Part shown: in pieces, positions 46,830-50,046 of the stretch
Numbering within the stretch: the first letter of the stretch is position 1
How the letters are laid out: each line of letters begins with the position of its first letter
Assembly: GCF_001194135.2 (NCBI RefSeq)
Contig: NC_068987.1
Location: 62,708,330 to 62,758,375 of the forward strand
Length of the DNA: 50,046 bases
Direction of reading: 5' to 3'
DNA from: Octopus bimaculoides
Lineage: Eukaryota
Notes under the pieces: generated by a model
What the model was told of the DNA's origin: nothing
The model's input: the letters and a program-made list of their open reading frames with translations, nothing else
Databases searched by the model: none
Made by a program: the position numbers and the translations under genes

Positions 46830-47050
46830 GCATCATCATCATCATTACCATCATCGTTTAACGTCCGCTTTCCATGCTAGCAAGGGTTGGACGATTTGAC
46901 CGAGGCTACACCAGGCTCCAATCTGATTTGGCAGAGTTTCTACAGCTGGATGCCCTTCCTAATGCCAACCACTCCAAGAGTGTAGTAGGTGCTTTTACAT
47001 GTCACCTGCACGAAGGCCAGTCAGGCGATACTGGCAACGGCCACGCTCAA
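46830..47050 (-). mobile_element. 3' end of the RTE family seen at 39.7-41.0 kb
   Basis: Reverse complement matches 40790-41000, including the (ATG)n tail. Confidence 0.85.
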
Positions 47051-48709
47051 AATATATATATATATGTGTATATATNNNNNNNNNNNNNNNNNNNNNNNNN
47101 NNNNATATACATATATATATGTATATATATATGTATACATATATATATGTATATACATATATATATGTATATACATATATATATATGTATATACATATAT
47201 ATATGTCTTGTGTATGTGCTTGTGCCTCTCTCTCAGAGAGAGAGAGAGAGGGATAACATGGTTGTATATATGCAGTGCACAGAGTTGAAATTATTTACAT
47301 ATTTTACTTATCTCCTGTTACAGACTATTATTTAATTTTGATCCCCCAGACATTTTACTATACAATTCACCACTCCTTACAAACATCAATTATCTGCCAA
47401 CCCTCTCGAACATTTCTTATTCTCTACCTCCTACATTTGTTTGTTTGCTTGCTTGTAACAATTTGCATCCTCTGGTACATTTCCCTTCACTATGCATTTG
47501 TAATACTATCTTCCAACATTACATGACCTGGCCATTACGTTTCACTTGACTTCAGTCTCAGGATAAAGAAAAAAGCAGGTAAATTTGTAAGATCTGGAAT
47601 GGTGGGGCGTTCTTGCTGAAATGTTAAAAGTGTAAAAGGTTGATAGCAACATTGAGACTTTAGTCTCACTCTATCACCTTTCAACAAAAATATATATTAG
47701 GAAACAGTAGAACAAAGGCAGGTGTTAACAATTAACAACACAATAAAATAAGTTTTATTTTGGTGATGTTTGGCTTTACAAAACCTGTATCTTTCAGCCT
47801 GGTAGCCGCTGGTTAACTTGTAATCAGCATCTGGAGATTAAGAGCTTCGTTGAGGCATCTCAGAGGTGCAAGTTGTTGTCACATCAAAGGCATCGTGCTA
47901 AAGAGGGTTAGAAAATGCGCAAGGCGCTTTAAGTACTGGTTTACTATGCATGCACACTTGAAGGGCTTCCGAGAAGGCAAGTTCCTTGTGCATGTGTAGA
48001 TTGTACTTCCTTAATGGCAGCCATAATTTCGCACCACTACAAAAGTATCAATTTATGTGCTATGCTAATTACTTACTCCAGAGCGAATGGAGAGCCTTAA
48101 AATTGAATAAGTATCTCATACAAGTTATTGAAGGGGTCTAAATTGAAATACAATATATTAAGTGTATCTGGGATAAAAAATATCCCTATAAGAGGTCTAA
48201 ATATCCTCATAGTGACTATGTATATATATAATAAAATGCACATAGAAACACATGCATGTGCACACAGACATTCTAAAATGAGCATAGTAAAATCTTAATA
48301 ATTCCAATTTGATTACATCCTCACAGAAATTGTTATTGTTAATTATGAAGGTTTCAACTTGGCTGTCATACTGTTTCAATAAATTGCTTATATTCACTGT
48401 GGCATCCACTTCCTGTCTACTCCCATTAACAAAAAAAAAATTCTTTATTAAAAGTTAAATAGATTTTGTTTGTTCCATAGGTAAAATTTCAGAATAAACA
48501 AACCACTCATCATAAAGTTTTGTCAAAAAGTTTTTCTGATTTTTTATTTTAATCAATGATTCTCAAACCTTTGAAATTACTTTTCATGGTATTCAATTTT
48601 TGCTATTGTTGTTTACATCAGAAGATGTAAACAACAATTAAAAAGTGATCTGGCAGGAATTTCTAGCAGACTGAGTATTAGTATTATATCTCCAGCAGAA
48701 GTGTTAAGA

Positions 48710-48905
48710 CCGATCCTGCTGGTGGTGTAAAGCGCCCGTGCAGTGCCATGTAAAAGCACCCAGCACACTCTATAAAGTGGTTGGTATTAGGAAGGGCCTC
48801 CTGCTGTAGAAACCATGCCAAATCAGACTGGAGTCAGCTTACCAACTCTGGTCAAACCATCCAACCCATACCAGCATGGACAACAGACAGTAAATGATGA
48901 TGATC
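48710..48905 (+). mobile_element. RTE-type 3' end fragment
   Basis: GTAAAAGCACCC...GTGGTTGGTATTAGGAAGGG...CCAACCCATACCAGCATGG...AATGATGATG. Confidence 0.75.
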
Positions 48906-49254
48906 ATCATCATGTGATCAACAACAATAATGCTACCCCTATCATTTACAGCAAATCAAAGTAATTTCATAAAAGTGAAAATCCATTTAATTCCTTTATC
49001 GCATAATGAAACCTTGGTGAAGTTTGATATTCAGTTTGTTTTTAAAAAATAAAAGTTATAGGACATTTTAACCAATTTTGGGGCTTTTTGTGTGCATCCT
49101 TCCTCTTCCCTTTCTCCACAAGGACATCCATACAAGTTTGAAAGTTTGCCAGCTATCACAATCAGCCACTGAATCTGTCGAGAATTCAGCTCAGAAAGTC
49201 TTTATACCACTTCAGTGGTGCTCCAACAGAATGGGTGGATGGATGGACAGACAT

Positions 49255-49450
49255 TGGAGAATGAAATATGCTCCATTGGATGTGCAATGTCAGTGAGCAT
49301 GTGTGACAGTGTAAATGTGTTAAGAGAAAAATTGGGCATAGGAGGAATCAGATGTAGTGTGCAAGAGAGAAGGCTGAGCTGGTATGGTTATGTGATGCAT
49401 ACGGATGAGAATTGCTGTATAAAAAAGAGTTGATCACTAAATGTGGATGA
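49255..49450 (+). mobile_element. RTE LINE thumb-region fragment
   Basis: NVLREKLGIGGIRCSVQERRLSWYGYVM.TDENCCIKK. Confidence 0.7.
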
Positions 49451-49719
49451 AACATCATTAGCAAGCTGGCCACAAAAGACTGGTTTGAGTATGTGATTGT
49501 TTTGCATTTCAGCTATATGACCACAGCAGCAAAGTTGACATATATTATTGATTTTACAATGCGATAGGACTTCTGGCTTGGGTATCATACCTAGCCACTT
49601 GATCTTACATATTTTGCAAAGACAATAAAGAGAGAGATTGTCTAATTGTTTTATCTTTCAACAAAGCAATGTCCATGATAAGATTCAGCACCATACAATT
49701 TATAGATATATAGATAGAT

Positions 49720-50046
49720 AGATAGATACATTTCTTTTATTAGCCACACAGGGCTCAACATAGAGGGGACAAAATACAAATGTAGAGTTTTTCTTTTCTT
49801 GGGGAGCAAAAACAAAGCAGAAAAAAAAACAAAAGTGGGGACAACGATGAAAAAAAAACATCGCAAAACGTTTGGGGCATTTACAAAAAATACGAAATAA
49901 TACAGAAAATTCCCAATAAATGGGGAGGTTATCCATGGAAAGAAAAACCTACGAAAAGACCATGGTAACTTCGGTCCTTAGTGTCACAGTTTGTTAAATA
50001 AAATTTCTTTTATTTATGCAAGAAACGTAAGTAACTCTCTGTTTAC
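49720..50046 (-). mobile_element. Probable LINE 3' UTR/3' end (clade uncertain, possibly Tx1/L1)
   Basis: T-rich UTR ending TTGTCCCCTCTATGTTGAGCCCTGTGTGGCT-AATAAA-AG followed by (TCTA)n. Confidence 0.4.

Noticed and set aside
47790-48110. Possible exons (plus acceptor at ~47797; minus donor GTAAGT at 48076; KPFKC peptide)
   Set aside because: No consistent open frame or domain, and splice-like motifs are frequent by chance; needs RNA-seq.

Overview
Eukaryotic, AT-rich, repeat-dense genomic DNA from a gapped draft assembly (10 N-gaps, most flanked by TA/TG microsatellites). The finger style of the zinc-finger gene and the SINE families point to an octopus/coleoid cephalopod; this is inference, not a database match. 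The only intact protein-coding sequence I can support is a single-exon CDS for an 11-finger C2H2 zinc-finger protein (29195-30223, minus). A CpG-retaining region at about 36.6-37.4 kb with outward-facing splice donors is a candidate bidirectional promoter for this gene and for an unseen plus-strand gene. The rest is decayed mobile DNA: at least five tRNA-head SINE types (two with a CORE-like domain); RTE, R4/Dong-like and Tx1/L1-like LINE fragments; Penelope-like remnants; three mariner relics; a maT/DD37D-like relic; and a piggyBac-like MITE. Most notable observations: (1) a ~300-bp tandem dimer at 9.37-9.95 kb whose monomers each carry a decayed minimal type I hammerhead ribozyme (retrozyme/Penelope-type); (2) an RTE LINE ending in three tandem C2H2 fingers; (3) a PHD-like Cys/His module inside an RTE reverse transcriptase; (4) an old ~205-bp tandem array at 17.7-19.5 kb. 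All alignments and counts were done by eye, and SINE family labels A-D are my own working names.
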